DNA from: a virus | Taxonomy: Duplodnaviria > Caudoviricetes | Virus record (IMG/VR): IMGVR_UViG_3300016657_000060 | Span: 1-27,363 of that record | Strand: one strand, 5' to 3' | DNA length: 27,363 bases | In this document: positions 17,042 through 25,255 of the stretch, piece by piece | Numbering within the stretch: position 1 is the stretch's first letter | Layout of the letters: each line of letters opens with the position of its first letter | The notes under the pieces: model-generated | Database searches by the model: none | Told to the model about the DNA's origin: nothing | What the model saw: only the letters and a program-made list of their open reading frames with translations | Program-made: the position numbers and the translations under genes

Positions 17042-18307
17042 TCAGACCTTGGTTGCGGAGGTCGCCGCAGCCGAGAAGTCACCCTTCACGAAGGCCTCGG
17101 GACGGTAGACTGCGAGCGCGAGGCGCTCTTCGGCCAGCACCGTCACAAGGTTCTTGCGGAAGTTCTGGTCGTCCTCGGTCGAGATCTCGACCACGGCATC
17201 CATCCGGTCGAAGATCTGCGCGCCCAGCTGGAAGGCGCCGGTCAGGAACTTGCCCGTGGCCATCGACTGGGTGGAGACGACCGGCTGGCCCCAGAGCGTC
17301 GGCGACAGGTTGCCCTGCGGATTGCCGATGATGAACTGGCCGGTGGTGTCCTTGAGCAGTTCGATGCTGGCCCAGTCAGCCGGGTGCAGCACAAGGCCCG
17401 TCGACATGAGTTCGGAAAGCGCGGTCTGCAGCATCGCCAGACGCAGGACGTCGATCTTGGTCACCGGTGCCGGAATGGTGATCGGCGGGGTGAACGCGGT
17501 CGCCTGCGTGTAGATGCCGTTGAGGTCCGTGCCCGTGCCTCCGCCGTTCAGCAGCTGGTTTTCTTCGACCAGCGCCAGACCATAGGTCAGGCGACCATCG
17601 ATGTAGGACTGGAGCATCGGTACGTCGTCGAGGATCTGGCGGGTGGCCAGAACCCAGTGGGCAATCGTGGTGACGCTGCTGGTGACGACATCGAACTTGA
17701 TGTCGGTCTGCGGCTTGGTGGCGCCTGCCGTTTCCGAGACGGTTGCGGCCGCATTGGTGAAGCCGGTTTCCTTCACATACTGCACCGCATTGCTGGCGGT
17801 CCGGCCCGGGGTGAGCAGATCGCGCACCGTCAGACGGCGCTGGCCCGGTGCGATAACGCCCGGAATACGGTCCGGCACGATCAGGTCGCCCGCCGAGCCA
17901 TTGGCATCGGTGGTGAGCGAGGAGATGATCGACTTCACCTCGACGCTGGCACGCCCGCGCGCCGTCTTGCTGTTCAGGAACGGCAGGATTGCTTCGTTGG
18001 AGACGACTTGTTCGCCGAGCGTGCGCGGCTCGTGACGTTCATCGTCTTGCTTCTTGCGGGCGAGCTTCTGCTCGACCTCGTCGAGGCGGGCCTTGGCTTC
18101 ATTGAGCGCGGTCAGCGCCTCATCGGCCAGCTGCTTGGTGGATGCGGAGAGTTCTTCGCCCTTTGCGGCTTTACCGAGGGCCTCCTCGGCGAGCGCCTTG
18201 ACCTCGTCATGGCGGGTATCGAAGTCCTTTTTTACGGCCTGCTGCTGCGCGTCAAACGCAGCTTTCACTTCGCCGGCAAGCTGCTCGGCGCTCTTGGTAT
18301 CGGTCAT
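17042..18307 (-). CDS. HK97-family major capsid protein with N-terminal coiled-coil delta domain
   Basis: RLTVRDLL, QILDDVPMLQSYI and NFRKNLVTVLAEERLALAVYRP motifs. Confidence 0.97.
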   Translation of the reverse strand: MTDTKSAEQLAGEVKAAFDAQQQAVKKDFDTRHDEVKALAEEALGKAAKGEELSASTKQLADEALTALNEAKARLDEVEQKLARKKQDDERHEPRTLGEQVVSNEAILPFLNSKTARGRASVEVKSIISSLTTDANGSAGDLIVPDRIPGVIAPGQRRLTVRDLLTPGRTASNAVQYVKETGFTNAAATVSETAGATKPQTDIKFDVVTSSVTTIAHWVLATRQILDDVPMLQSYIDGRLTYGLALVEENQLLNGGGTGTDLNGIYTQATAFTPPITIPAPVTKIDVLRLAMLQTALSELMSTGLVLHPADWASIELLKDTTGQFIIGNPQGNLSPTLWGQPVVSTQSMATGKFLTGAFQLGAQIFDRMDAVVEISTEDDQNFRKNLVTVLAEERLALAVYRPEAFVKGDFSAAATSATKV

Positions 18308-18331
18308 GGGGTAACTCCGTGCAAGTGAGGT

Positions 18332-18991
18332 TCAGCCGCGGATTTGCGCGGCGAGTGCCGACAGGAAGTCGGTGGAGGTCTCACTGCCGGACTCACTCCG
18401 GAGCAGTGATTTGAGGCCTTTGCCCGCGATTGCGGTGGCCTGGCTTTTCGAGAACCCTGCCTCGCGCAGGAAATTCTCAAAATCGGGGAGCGACGGCAGG
18501 ATCTGCCCGTCGGTCACAGTCTTAACCGCCGTCACCTTGGCCTCGGTATTCATGGGCATGGTGACAAGGCTGATTTCGCGAAGATCGATCTTCTTGAGAC
18601 GCAGCACGCCGGCCTTGTAGGGGTCGGGTGCGGCACCGCCCTTGGGGATGGTGTAGCCGATCGAGAGGCCCCCAAGCGCGCCGTGCTTCAGCTTGCCATA
18701 GGCGCGCTGGGCAACCGGATCGCCGTCAAGGATCAGCTGGCCGCGCACGAACAGGCCGCGGTCATCCTCGAAGATGTCGCGCCAGACGCCGATGGGCTCG
18801 CGCTGGTCGTGCTGCCAGAGCATTGGGATGCCCCAGCCTTCAGCGCGGGCCTTGGCGACGCTCTCCCGGAAAGCGCCCGGTTCGATGAGATCGCCGCCCT
18901 GGTCAACATTGCCGAAGGTCGAGGCGTAGCCCTCGAACTGCCCGGTGTCCTGAAGGTCACTGGATTTGAGGGTCAGGGTGAGATGTTTCAT
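18332..18991 (-). CDS. HK97-family prohead protease
   Basis: FEGYASTFGNVD, MLWQHD, GLSIGY and LREISLVTMPMN motifs. Confidence 0.96.
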   Translation of the reverse strand: MKHLTLTLKSSDLQDTGQFEGYASTFGNVDQGGDLIEPGAFRESVAKARAEGWGIPMLWQHDQREPIGVWRDIFEDDRGLFVRGQLILDGDPVAQRAYGKLKHGALGGLSIGYTIPKGGAAPDPYKAGVLRLKKIDLREISLVTMPMNTEAKVTAVKTVTDGQILPSLPDFENFLREAGFSKSQATAIAGKGLKSLLRSESGSETSTDFLSALAAQIRG

Positions 18992-20235
18992 TTAGGGGGC
19001 TCCGATGGGGCAATCGCTCCGGTTGGCGGCAGCAATCCTGCCTGACTGATGGGCACGTTCTGCATTTGCATACGGGGGACATCGCCGCCTTCGACCGGCG
19101 GCAGGTTTTCAAGCGCGCGGACCTCGTTGATGGTCATGACGCCATTGGTCAGCATCTGCTGGTAGAAAGACGCACGCGCTGCGCTGTCGCCGCGCAGCAG
19201 GCCTTCCAGGTTGAACTCGATGACGAGCCCGGCCTGCCGATCAGCGGGAGACAGCAGCTGCTTGGCGAGCGCCTGTTCGATACGTTTGAGGCGCCGGCGC
19301 AGCGTGAACTTCTGGAACCCGAGGGTCTGTTGTTCGAGCCCGGTGCCCCAGCTGGTGGTCTTTTCGGTGTGGCCGACCATAAAGGGCGGAACGCCGAAGA
19401 ACCGGCAAACCTCCTCGACCGAGAAGGCCCGGCTTTGCAGCATCTGGGCGTCTTCCGGGCTGATCGAAAGCTGGACCCAGTCCATGCCCCGGTCGAGCAG
19501 CATCGGCCGCCCGGCATTGATCGCGCCGGCAAACTTCTCCTGCAGCAGTTCCTCGGCCTGTTTGCGCTGGTCGAGGGTCAGGCTGTCGGCGGTCTTGAGG
19601 AGCCCCGACGGCCGCACTCCGTTTCGGAACGTGTCGCCCGAGGCCCGTTCGATCGCCTGCGCCAATCCGAAGGTCTGGCGGCCGAAGCTTAGGGTCGAAA
19701 GACCGCCCAGCGGATTGCCGCCGAAGCCCCGGATATGGAGCATGTTGTCCTGGCCGACCATGGAGCGGACCCCATTGTCGGACCACTCATATTCGAGGCT
19801 GCCATCACGCAGACGTCGCACCGTCATGAGCTCGGGCGCGATGGGAACGCTGAGCGCCACCACCCGGCCATTGCTGCCCCGGATGATCTCGGCATAGGCA
19901 TTGCCGCTCAGTTCAATCGAAGCGCAGATGAACTCCCAGAAGTCGACCGCGGTCTGATCGGCGTTCGGGCTGTCGTGCAGGATCCGATAGAGCGGATGGT
20001 CGCTCGCGACCGTCCTTGCGCCGCCCCGGGTCCGGTAGACCATGAGCGGAAGCGAGGCGATCGTACCGGCCAGCAGATTGACGCAGGCCCATGCCGAGGC
20101 GAGCCCCAGCACCGAGCTGGTCGAAACCAGTTCACCGGTCGTGGTCGTGCGGCCACCTGCGGCCTGCACCAGCCGCGGGTCGGTGAGGCCGATCGAGCGC
20201 GCGATGTAGCCGAGCGCCTTCTGAAAGAGGTTCAT
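18988..20235 (-). CDS. HK97-family portal protein
   Basis: IASLPL, GNAYA, LHIRGF, RFFGVPP and TINEVRALENLPP motifs. Confidence 0.97.
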   Translation of the reverse strand: MNLFQKALGYIARSIGLTDPRLVQAAGGRTTTTGELVSTSSVLGLASAWACVNLLAGTIASLPLMVYRTRGGARTVASDHPLYRILHDSPNADQTAVDFWEFICASIELSGNAYAEIIRGSNGRVVALSVPIAPELMTVRRLRDGSLEYEWSDNGVRSMVGQDNMLHIRGFGGNPLGGLSTLSFGRQTFGLAQAIERASGDTFRNGVRPSGLLKTADSLTLDQRKQAEELLQEKFAGAINAGRPMLLDRGMDWVQLSISPEDAQMLQSRAFSVEEVCRFFGVPPFMVGHTEKTTSWGTGLEQQTLGFQKFTLRRRLKRIEQALAKQLLSPADRQAGLVIEFNLEGLLRGDSAARASFYQQMLTNGVMTINEVRALENLPPVEGGDVPRMQMQNVPISQAGLLPPTGAIAPSEPPK

Positions 20236-22052
20236 GCGAGGCTCTTCAGCCAGTCATCGATGGTGCCGGTGGTATCGCCTGCCATCGCTGCCCCCACTGC
20301 CATGCACAGCGCGACGGCTGCGTCGATCTTGTTGATGGCCCGCTGCTTGGAGAGCCACTTGTTGTCCCAGCGGTCGGTCTCGGTGACCGCTGACATCATC
20401 GCCGAAATGAGGACCGGATTGCGTTTGAGCCGGATGCGGCCTTCAAGGATCAGTTCTTCGAGATGTCGCAAAGAGCCCGGCATCCAGAGCCCTTCGGTCA
20501 TCTCGCCCGCAGGCTTGGCCCGCTTGGTGCCACCCTGCGGATGCTCGACAAAGGCAAGGTCCAGACCGAGTTCGGCAACTTCCTCTTCGAAACGCCGGAA
20601 GGCGTAACGGTCGTAGGCGACCGCCTCGACCCGGAAGTCCGACGCCATTTCGGCGAGCGCCTGCGCCACGTGGCGAAAGCTGATGTTCTCGCCTGCTGGC
20701 GCGTTCAGAAATCCGTCGGCAAGCCAGAGGTCGTAGGGCTGTTTGTCCCGCAGCACGCGTGCGCTGAGCGTGTCGCCCGGCGTCCAGACCTCGACCCATG
20801 CGTCAAAGCAGGGCTTGCCGTCCTTCTCGCCGTTGCGCTGAACTGCCGCCAGCGCCGTCAAATCCCGGTTCTGGCTGAGGTCGAGCCCGAGCCAGACGGA
20901 CCCACCAGCCTTGGGTTCGAACTCTGCCAGGAGAGGCTCAAGCGTCGAGCGCGCCATCCAGGCGGTTTCGGCATCCGTCCACACGCAAAAGTGCAGCCGC
21001 AGGATGCCGTTCAACTGCCCCGGGATGGCTTTGGCCTGGGCGACCACCTCCGAGAGGTATTGCTCCGTGATCGTGACGCCCAGCAGCGGGTTCGCCTTGA
21101 TCCAGCAGCTGGGGTCAGTAAGCGGGTCGTCGCCTTCGTCGAGAGCGCAGACATAGCTGAACGTTGTGTCGTCGATGACCTGTCCCAAAAAGGTCGGGTC
21201 AGTCGCGGCATCGGGATTGCCAGCCGCCACCCGGATGGCGTGTTCATGTTCCTCCCATGCAACCGAATTGCGGTCCGATCCCGAGTTCGTGATCATAAAC
21301 AGCAGCGGATCGCGGCGGAACTTGAAGCCGCGCTCCAGCATCTCGATGATCGAGCGATCCGGAAGCTCGTGGACCTCGTCCGCCAGCACAAAATAGGGCC
21401 GCGGGCCCGAGCCGGTTTTGCCGGTGTCGCGCGAAACCGGGCGAAAGAAGCTGCCCGAGGACAGGTGCGCAATGTTGAACTCGCGCCCCGGGCCACCCGA
21501 GAACTCAAGTCGCCGTGCCAGCGCGGGCGATTGCCTGACCATCCGCACCGCATCTCGGAACAGGATGTTGGCCTGCTCCTTCTTGGCTGCAGCCGCATAG
21601 ATCTGAGCGCCAGCTTCCTTGCAGGCGGTCATCCCGTAAATGCCGATGCCGCCTGCAACCGGTGACTTCCCGTTGCCTTTGCCCTGCTCGATGTAGGCGC
21701 GGCGGAACCGGCGGCGCCCATCCTTGCGTTTCCAGCCGAACAGCGAGCCGACAATGAAAGCTTGGCTCGGCTCAAGCCGGAAGGGTTCTCCTTCGAACTG
21801 GCCCTCGGAAAGCTTCAGTACCTCCTCGAAGAAGGCGAAGGCATGATTAGCCGCATCGTGGTCGAACCAGATGCCATCCTTGCGCCTCAGATCCGCGATG
21901 TGCCGTTTGCAGGCATTGCGTACATGCGGTCCGGCTACAATCTCGCCTGAGACCACCGCCTTGGCATAGGCCAGCGTCCGGTCAGGCGAAGAAGCGGTCG
22001 GCGGGGTCCGCGCCTTCTTCTGGCGGCTGGGCCGCGATCCTGCTCCTGGCAC
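20232..22052 (-). CDS. terL: Terminase large subunit (start uncertain)
   Basis: Walker A GKGNGKS, Walker B VLADEVHE, nuclease GLDLS and KIDAAVA motifs. Confidence 0.96.
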   Translation of the reverse strand: MPGAGSRPSRQKKARTPPTASSPDRTLAYAKAVVSGEIVAGPHVRNACKRHIADLRRKDGIWFDHDAANHAFAFFEEVLKLSEGQFEGEPFRLEPSQAFIVGSLFGWKRKDGRRRFRRAYIEQGKGNGKSPVAGGIGIYGMTACKEAGAQIYAAAAKKEQANILFRDAVRMVRQSPALARRLEFSGGPGREFNIAHLSSGSFFRPVSRDTGKTGSGPRPYFVLADEVHELPDRSIIEMLERGFKFRRDPLLFMITNSGSDRNSVAWEEHEHAIRVAAGNPDAATDPTFLGQVIDDTTFSYVCALDEGDDPLTDPSCWIKANPLLGVTITEQYLSEVVAQAKAIPGQLNGILRLHFCVWTDAETAWMARSTLEPLLAEFEPKAGGSVWLGLDLSQNRDLTALAAVQRNGEKDGKPCFDAWVEVWTPGDTLSARVLRDKQPYDLWLADGFLNAPAGENISFRHVAQALAEMASDFRVEAVAYDRYAFRRFEEEVAELGLDLAFVEHPQGGTKRAKPAGEMTEGLWMPGSLRHLEELILEGRIRLKRNPVLISAMMSAVTETDRWDNKWLSKQRAINKIDAAVALCMAVGAAMAGDTTGTIDDWLKSLA

Positions 22053-22464
22053 TCGGCGTCATCCCGAATTCTGCGGCGTAGCGCATCATGTCCGCCGCCG
22101 CCTTGTTGGCGGTGCCCACCAGCGGGTTCTGGATTGCGTTGCCGTTCGATGTCTTGATCATGAGGCCGCCGGTCAGCTGGTCCTTCTCGGCCATCTTCGC
22201 GATCGCACGTTCGGCCTGGACCCAGCGGCCGTAGGCCATGGCGTAGGCGGCAAGCGCGGCCCGATCGATCTCGGAGAGGATCCCAAGGTTGTAGAGCTCG
22301 GTCGCCACCCGGTTCCATTCCTCAACCGCATCAGCGGTCAGATGGTGGGGAGGAGCCGGAATAGCCGCCTTGGTCTTTGCTTCCTTGCGGTTCAGCGTCC
22401 GCTTGCCGGGGTTACCCGTGACCAGTTTCAGATGGGTCGGTTTGGGTTTCGTTCCGGGTTTCAT
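21982..22464 (-). CDS. terS: Terminase small subunit, P27 family
   Basis: KPKPTHLKLVTGNPGKR, QNP and EFGMTPSARSRI motifs. Confidence 0.95.
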   Translation of the reverse strand: MKPGTKPKPTHLKLVTGNPGKRTLNRKEAKTKAAIPAPPHHLTADAVEEWNRVATELYNLGILSEIDRAALAAYAMAYGRWVQAERAIAKMAEKDQLTGGLMIKTSNGNAIQNPLVGTANKAAADMMRYAAEFGMTPSARSRIAAQPPEEGADPADRFFA

Positions 22465-23716
22465 CGCTTATGTCCTGCGTCTGCCCGGCCGAAATCTCTG
22501 CAAAGGTCCGTCCATCTCCTTCGAGCCGGGCCTCATGCCCCGTAAAATCCTGCCAGCGTTTGATGGCGACATCGACGTAGGCCGGGTTAAGCTCGACCGC
22601 GTGGATCGAGCGGCCGGTCATTTCACCGGCGATGATCGTGGTGCCCGAGCCTGAGAACGGCTCGTAAATGGCTTGGCCGGGGCTGGAATTGTTCTCGATC
22701 GGGCGCTTCATGCACTCGACCGGCTTCTGGGTTCCGTGACCCGTCTCGTTCTTCTTGGGCTTGGCGATGTGCCAGACGGTGGTCTGTTTGCGGTCACCAG
22801 CCCAGTGTCCTTTTGCGCCCTTCTTCACGGCGTACCAGCAGGGCTCATGCTCCCAATGATAATCGCCTCGCGAAAGGACGAGCTGGCCCTTGTCCCAGAT
22901 GATCTGGGAGCGGAGCAGAAGGTCGCAGGCAGCGAGGCTGTCGCCGACCACACCAGCATAAAGACCGGCGTGCCAGACATAGGCGACGTCGCCCGGGAAC
23001 AGCGCCCATGCTTCGCGCCAGTCGGCCTTGTCGTCGTTCAGCACCTTGCCCTTGGCAGTGCCGGAAGCGGCAACGCCCGCCTTTTCGCGCCAGGCGGGAT
23101 CATATTCCACGCCGTAGGGCGGATCGGTGACCATCAAGTGTGGCGAGACCCCGTTCAGCGCCTTGGCGACGGTGTCGGCATCGGTGCTGTCACCGCAGAC
23201 CAGCCGGTGCTTGCCAAGCAGCCAGACATCGCCAGGTTTGGCGATGGGGTCGATGGGCGCTTCGGGGATTTCGTCGGGATCGGTGTTACCCTCGGTCTTT
23301 TCGGCAAGCAGCTTGGCCAGTTCATCATCCGAAAAACCGGTCAGCATCAGATCGAAATCGAAGCCCTGCAGATCGCCGAGTTCGACGGCCAGCAGCTCGA
23401 GGTCCCAGCCAGCGTTCAGCGCCAGCTTGTTGTCGGCGATGACGTAGGCCTTTTTCTGGGCTTCACTCCAGCCCTTGGCGACCATGGTCGGGATCTGGCT
23501 GAGGCCCAGCTTTCGGGCTGCGAGCAGTCGGCCATGTCCGGCGATCAGGCCGCCGTCCTCATCAACCAGGATCGGGTTGGTCCAGCCCCATTCGCGGATC
23601 GAAGCCGCGATCTGGGCGACCTGTTCGTCCGAGTGCGTGCGGGAGTTGCGCGCATAGGGCGTGATCTTCTCTATCGGCCAGAGCTCACTGCTCTGGGCCG
23701 GCCAGTCCTGATCCAT
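22412..23716 (-). CDS. ParB-like N-terminal domain fused to beta-class N6A/N4C DNA methyltransferase
   Basis: PYARNSRTH...IAGHGRL...IADNK (ParB/Srx); TDPPY (motif IV) precedes HGTQKP and YEPFSGSGTT (motif I). Confidence 0.93.
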   Translation of the reverse strand: MDQDWPAQSSELWPIEKITPYARNSRTHSDEQVAQIAASIREWGWTNPILVDEDGGLIAGHGRLLAARKLGLSQIPTMVAKGWSEAQKKAYVIADNKLALNAGWDLELLAVELGDLQGFDFDLMLTGFSDDELAKLLAEKTEGNTDPDEIPEAPIDPIAKPGDVWLLGKHRLVCGDSTDADTVAKALNGVSPHLMVTDPPYGVEYDPAWREKAGVAASGTAKGKVLNDDKADWREAWALFPGDVAYVWHAGLYAGVVGDSLAACDLLLRSQIIWDKGQLVLSRGDYHWEHEPCWYAVKKGAKGHWAGDRKQTTVWHIAKPKKNETGHGTQKPVECMKRPIENNSSPGQAIYEPFSGSGTTIIAGEMTGRSIHAVELNPAYVDVAIKRWQDFTGHEARLEGDGRTFAEISAGQTQDISDETRNETQTDPSETGHG

Positions 23717-23813
23717 AGATGTCCTTGAAACGGGTTTGACCGCGGTAGCCTTGTGGCTCGCGGCTCTTGGTCAAATTGTCGGATCAGGTGGAGATCGGGC
23801 TATCGCCCGCGCG

Positions 23814-24038
23814 TCAGACCAGTTCGAGCTCGGTCAGCACCTTGGCGGTGTCGAGCAGCTGATCGGTCCGGACCGTGATCTCGATGGTGAAGCTGTCGGC
23901 GGTCGCGCTGGCGTAGACGCCGCCCTCATAAAGTTCCTGTTCGATCGTCTCGATCACCGTGAAGATCCGGCTGCGGTCGAAGTTCTCCGGCAGCGTGCGG
24001 ATCGCAAGGCGGATGGTGCTGGTGATACCCGAGCTCAT
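23814..24038 (-). CDS. Hypothetical protein (74 aa)
   Basis: ATGA overlap with the upstream gene; globular-looking composition. Confidence 0.65.
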   Translation of the reverse strand: MSSGITSTIRLAIRTLPENFDRSRIFTVIETIEQELYEGGVYASATADSFTIEITVRTDQLLDTAKVLTELELV

Positions 24039-24397
24039 GCGGCCTGTGCCTGAAGGCTGAAGTAAAGGACGAAGCCCTTCAGGTAGGGCAGCCCCTTGGG
24101 CATCGCGATCTCGCGCGCCGTTTCCCGGTTAATGGTCCATCCCATCCAGCGAGTGATCGCCGCTTCGATGGCTGCGGTTAGGTCGAGCCCCGCGTGGATG
24201 CCGTTGTGGACGTCATCTGCGAAGTGGCGGCCGTGGCGGCTATCAAGAAAATCCCGAACCCCTTCCGCCGTGCCTTCAGTTGCCGCCAGCACCGCCGGGA
24301 AGGCAATCGCCCAGGCAGTTTCGGCTTCGGCGAAGGCGCCGCTGCTGCCATAAAAGCCCCATGCTTCGTTGGCGGTTGGCAAGGTCGAGTTCGTCAT
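24035..24397 (-). CDS. Hypothetical phage protein (WGFYG / FLDSRHGRHFADDV type)
   Basis: GGAG RBS 8 nt upstream of ATG; motif pattern recalled from small genes near prophage methylases. Confidence 0.75.
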   Translation of the reverse strand: MTNSTLPTANEAWGFYGSSGAFAEAETAWAIAFPAVLAATEGTAEGVRDFLDSRHGRHFADDVHNGIHAGLDLTAAIEAAITRWMGWTINRETAREIAMPKGLPYLKGFVLYFSLQAQAA

Positions 24398-24489
24398 CTG
24401 CGTCGCTCCGTGTTCGTGAAGCGACTACCGCTCTTATCGGGACGACTATCCAGTCAATTCGACGGAAATCTGCGACTTTCTGCTTTCTG

Positions 24490-24577
24490 ACCCCCGGTCG
24501 CTAACTCGCGGTTGCGTGAATTTTGGGCCAAGCGCGGTGTCCCCCGCCGAGGCCCCAGACTTTCGAGCCGCCCCCCG
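24490..24577 (-). other. Putative cos/packaging initiation region
   Basis: Non-coding, between HNH and terminase genes; minus strand GGGGGGCGGCTCGAAAGTCTGGGG...ACCGCGC...AAAATTCACGCAACCGCGA, a G-run pattern typical of HNH-associated cos ends. Confidence 0.5.
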
Positions 24578-24650
24578 TTCAGGCTAATTATGTTGCGCGC
24601 AAGCGACCCTCGGGGTTACCCTCGTGGCATTCCGCTAACTGAGGTGCGAC

Positions 24651-24839
24651 TTGGACGCAGATCATACCTTCAAAATCCTGAACCGGTATGAAGCTAGGTT
24701 CGGTAAGCCGGCGCCGCACCCTATGCACGTGGAACCTGAAGACGTTGCAAAAGTCGCTCAGCACTTCCTGAAACTGGGAAAGCCAATCCCAGACGCTTAC
24801 GATTGGTATCCTGATTTGCCTGATGGCGCCTTGATCTGA
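24651..24839 (+). CDS. 62-aa antisense moron-like protein, unknown function
   Basis: GAGGTG RBS at 24641-24646, TTG start; hand-counted GC 98/189 (52%), visibly lower than the flanks; only credible plus-strand gene. Confidence 0.65.
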   Translation: MDADHTFKILNRYEARFGKPAPHPMHVEPEDVAKVAQHFLKLGKPIPDAYDWYPDLPDGALI

Positions 24840-25102
24840 TCAAGCGGCCACCCGTCGGGGCCCACGGCGACCGTCCTGCGTTTGCCGAATTGTTCGGCAG
24901 TCCGGTTGGCATGGCACTCGGCGCAGAGGCAGCGGATGTTGCTGTCTTCGTCCGATCCGCCATGGCTCAGAGGGACGATGTGATCAGGTGCGGTCGCCTC
25001 GCGGACAATCCCGGCGGAGGCGCAATCGCGGCAGAGGGGCTCTGCCTTTAATCGACGCAGGCGCTGCGCCATGCCTTGGCGTCCCCGAAGTCGTTCAGCC
25101 AT
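24797..25102 (-). CDS. HNH endonuclease (HK97 gp74-like packaging cofactor)
   Basis: EPLCRDC...DHIVPLSHGG...NIRCLCAECHANRT...GPDGWP; start re-assigned to ATG at 25102. Confidence 0.9.
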   Translation of the reverse strand: MAERLRGRQGMAQRLRRLKAEPLCRDCASAGIVREATAPDHIVPLSHGGSDEDSNIRCLCAECHANRTAEQFGKRRTVAVGPDGWPLDQIKAPSGKSGYQS

Positions 25103-25116
25103 TGCGCAACGCCTGC

Positions 25117-25152
25117 AACGAGAAACGCCCGGAAGCTGGTAAGCCCCGGGCG
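25117..25152 (-). terminator. Promoter-proximal intrinsic terminator (tR'-like)
   Basis: Minus strand CGCCCGG...CCGGGCG stem followed by TTTCTCGTT. Confidence 0.6.
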
Positions 25153-25178
25153 CAACTCGCATCACTACATTTCGGAAA

Positions 25179-25207
25179 CATCTACAGTAGAGCAATGCCC
25201 CCGTCAA
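25179..25207 (-). promoter_or_regulatory. Putative sigma70 late promoter
   Basis: TTGACG (25207-25202) - 17 nt - TAGATG (25184-25179), with an AT-rich upstream tract. Confidence 0.6.
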
Positions 25208-25255
25208 TGCTGAATTGTATTTTTATCGTTGAATCACAGTTTGTTAGGTCAACCG

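Noticed and set aside
25103-25207. Upstream extension of the HNH ORF to TTG 25207
   Set aside because: That TTG is the putative -35 box; the region holds the promoter and terminator
25225-25250. IHF site upstream of the late promoter
   Set aside because: AATCACAGTTTG is one base short of the WATCAANNNNTTR spacing; not supportable
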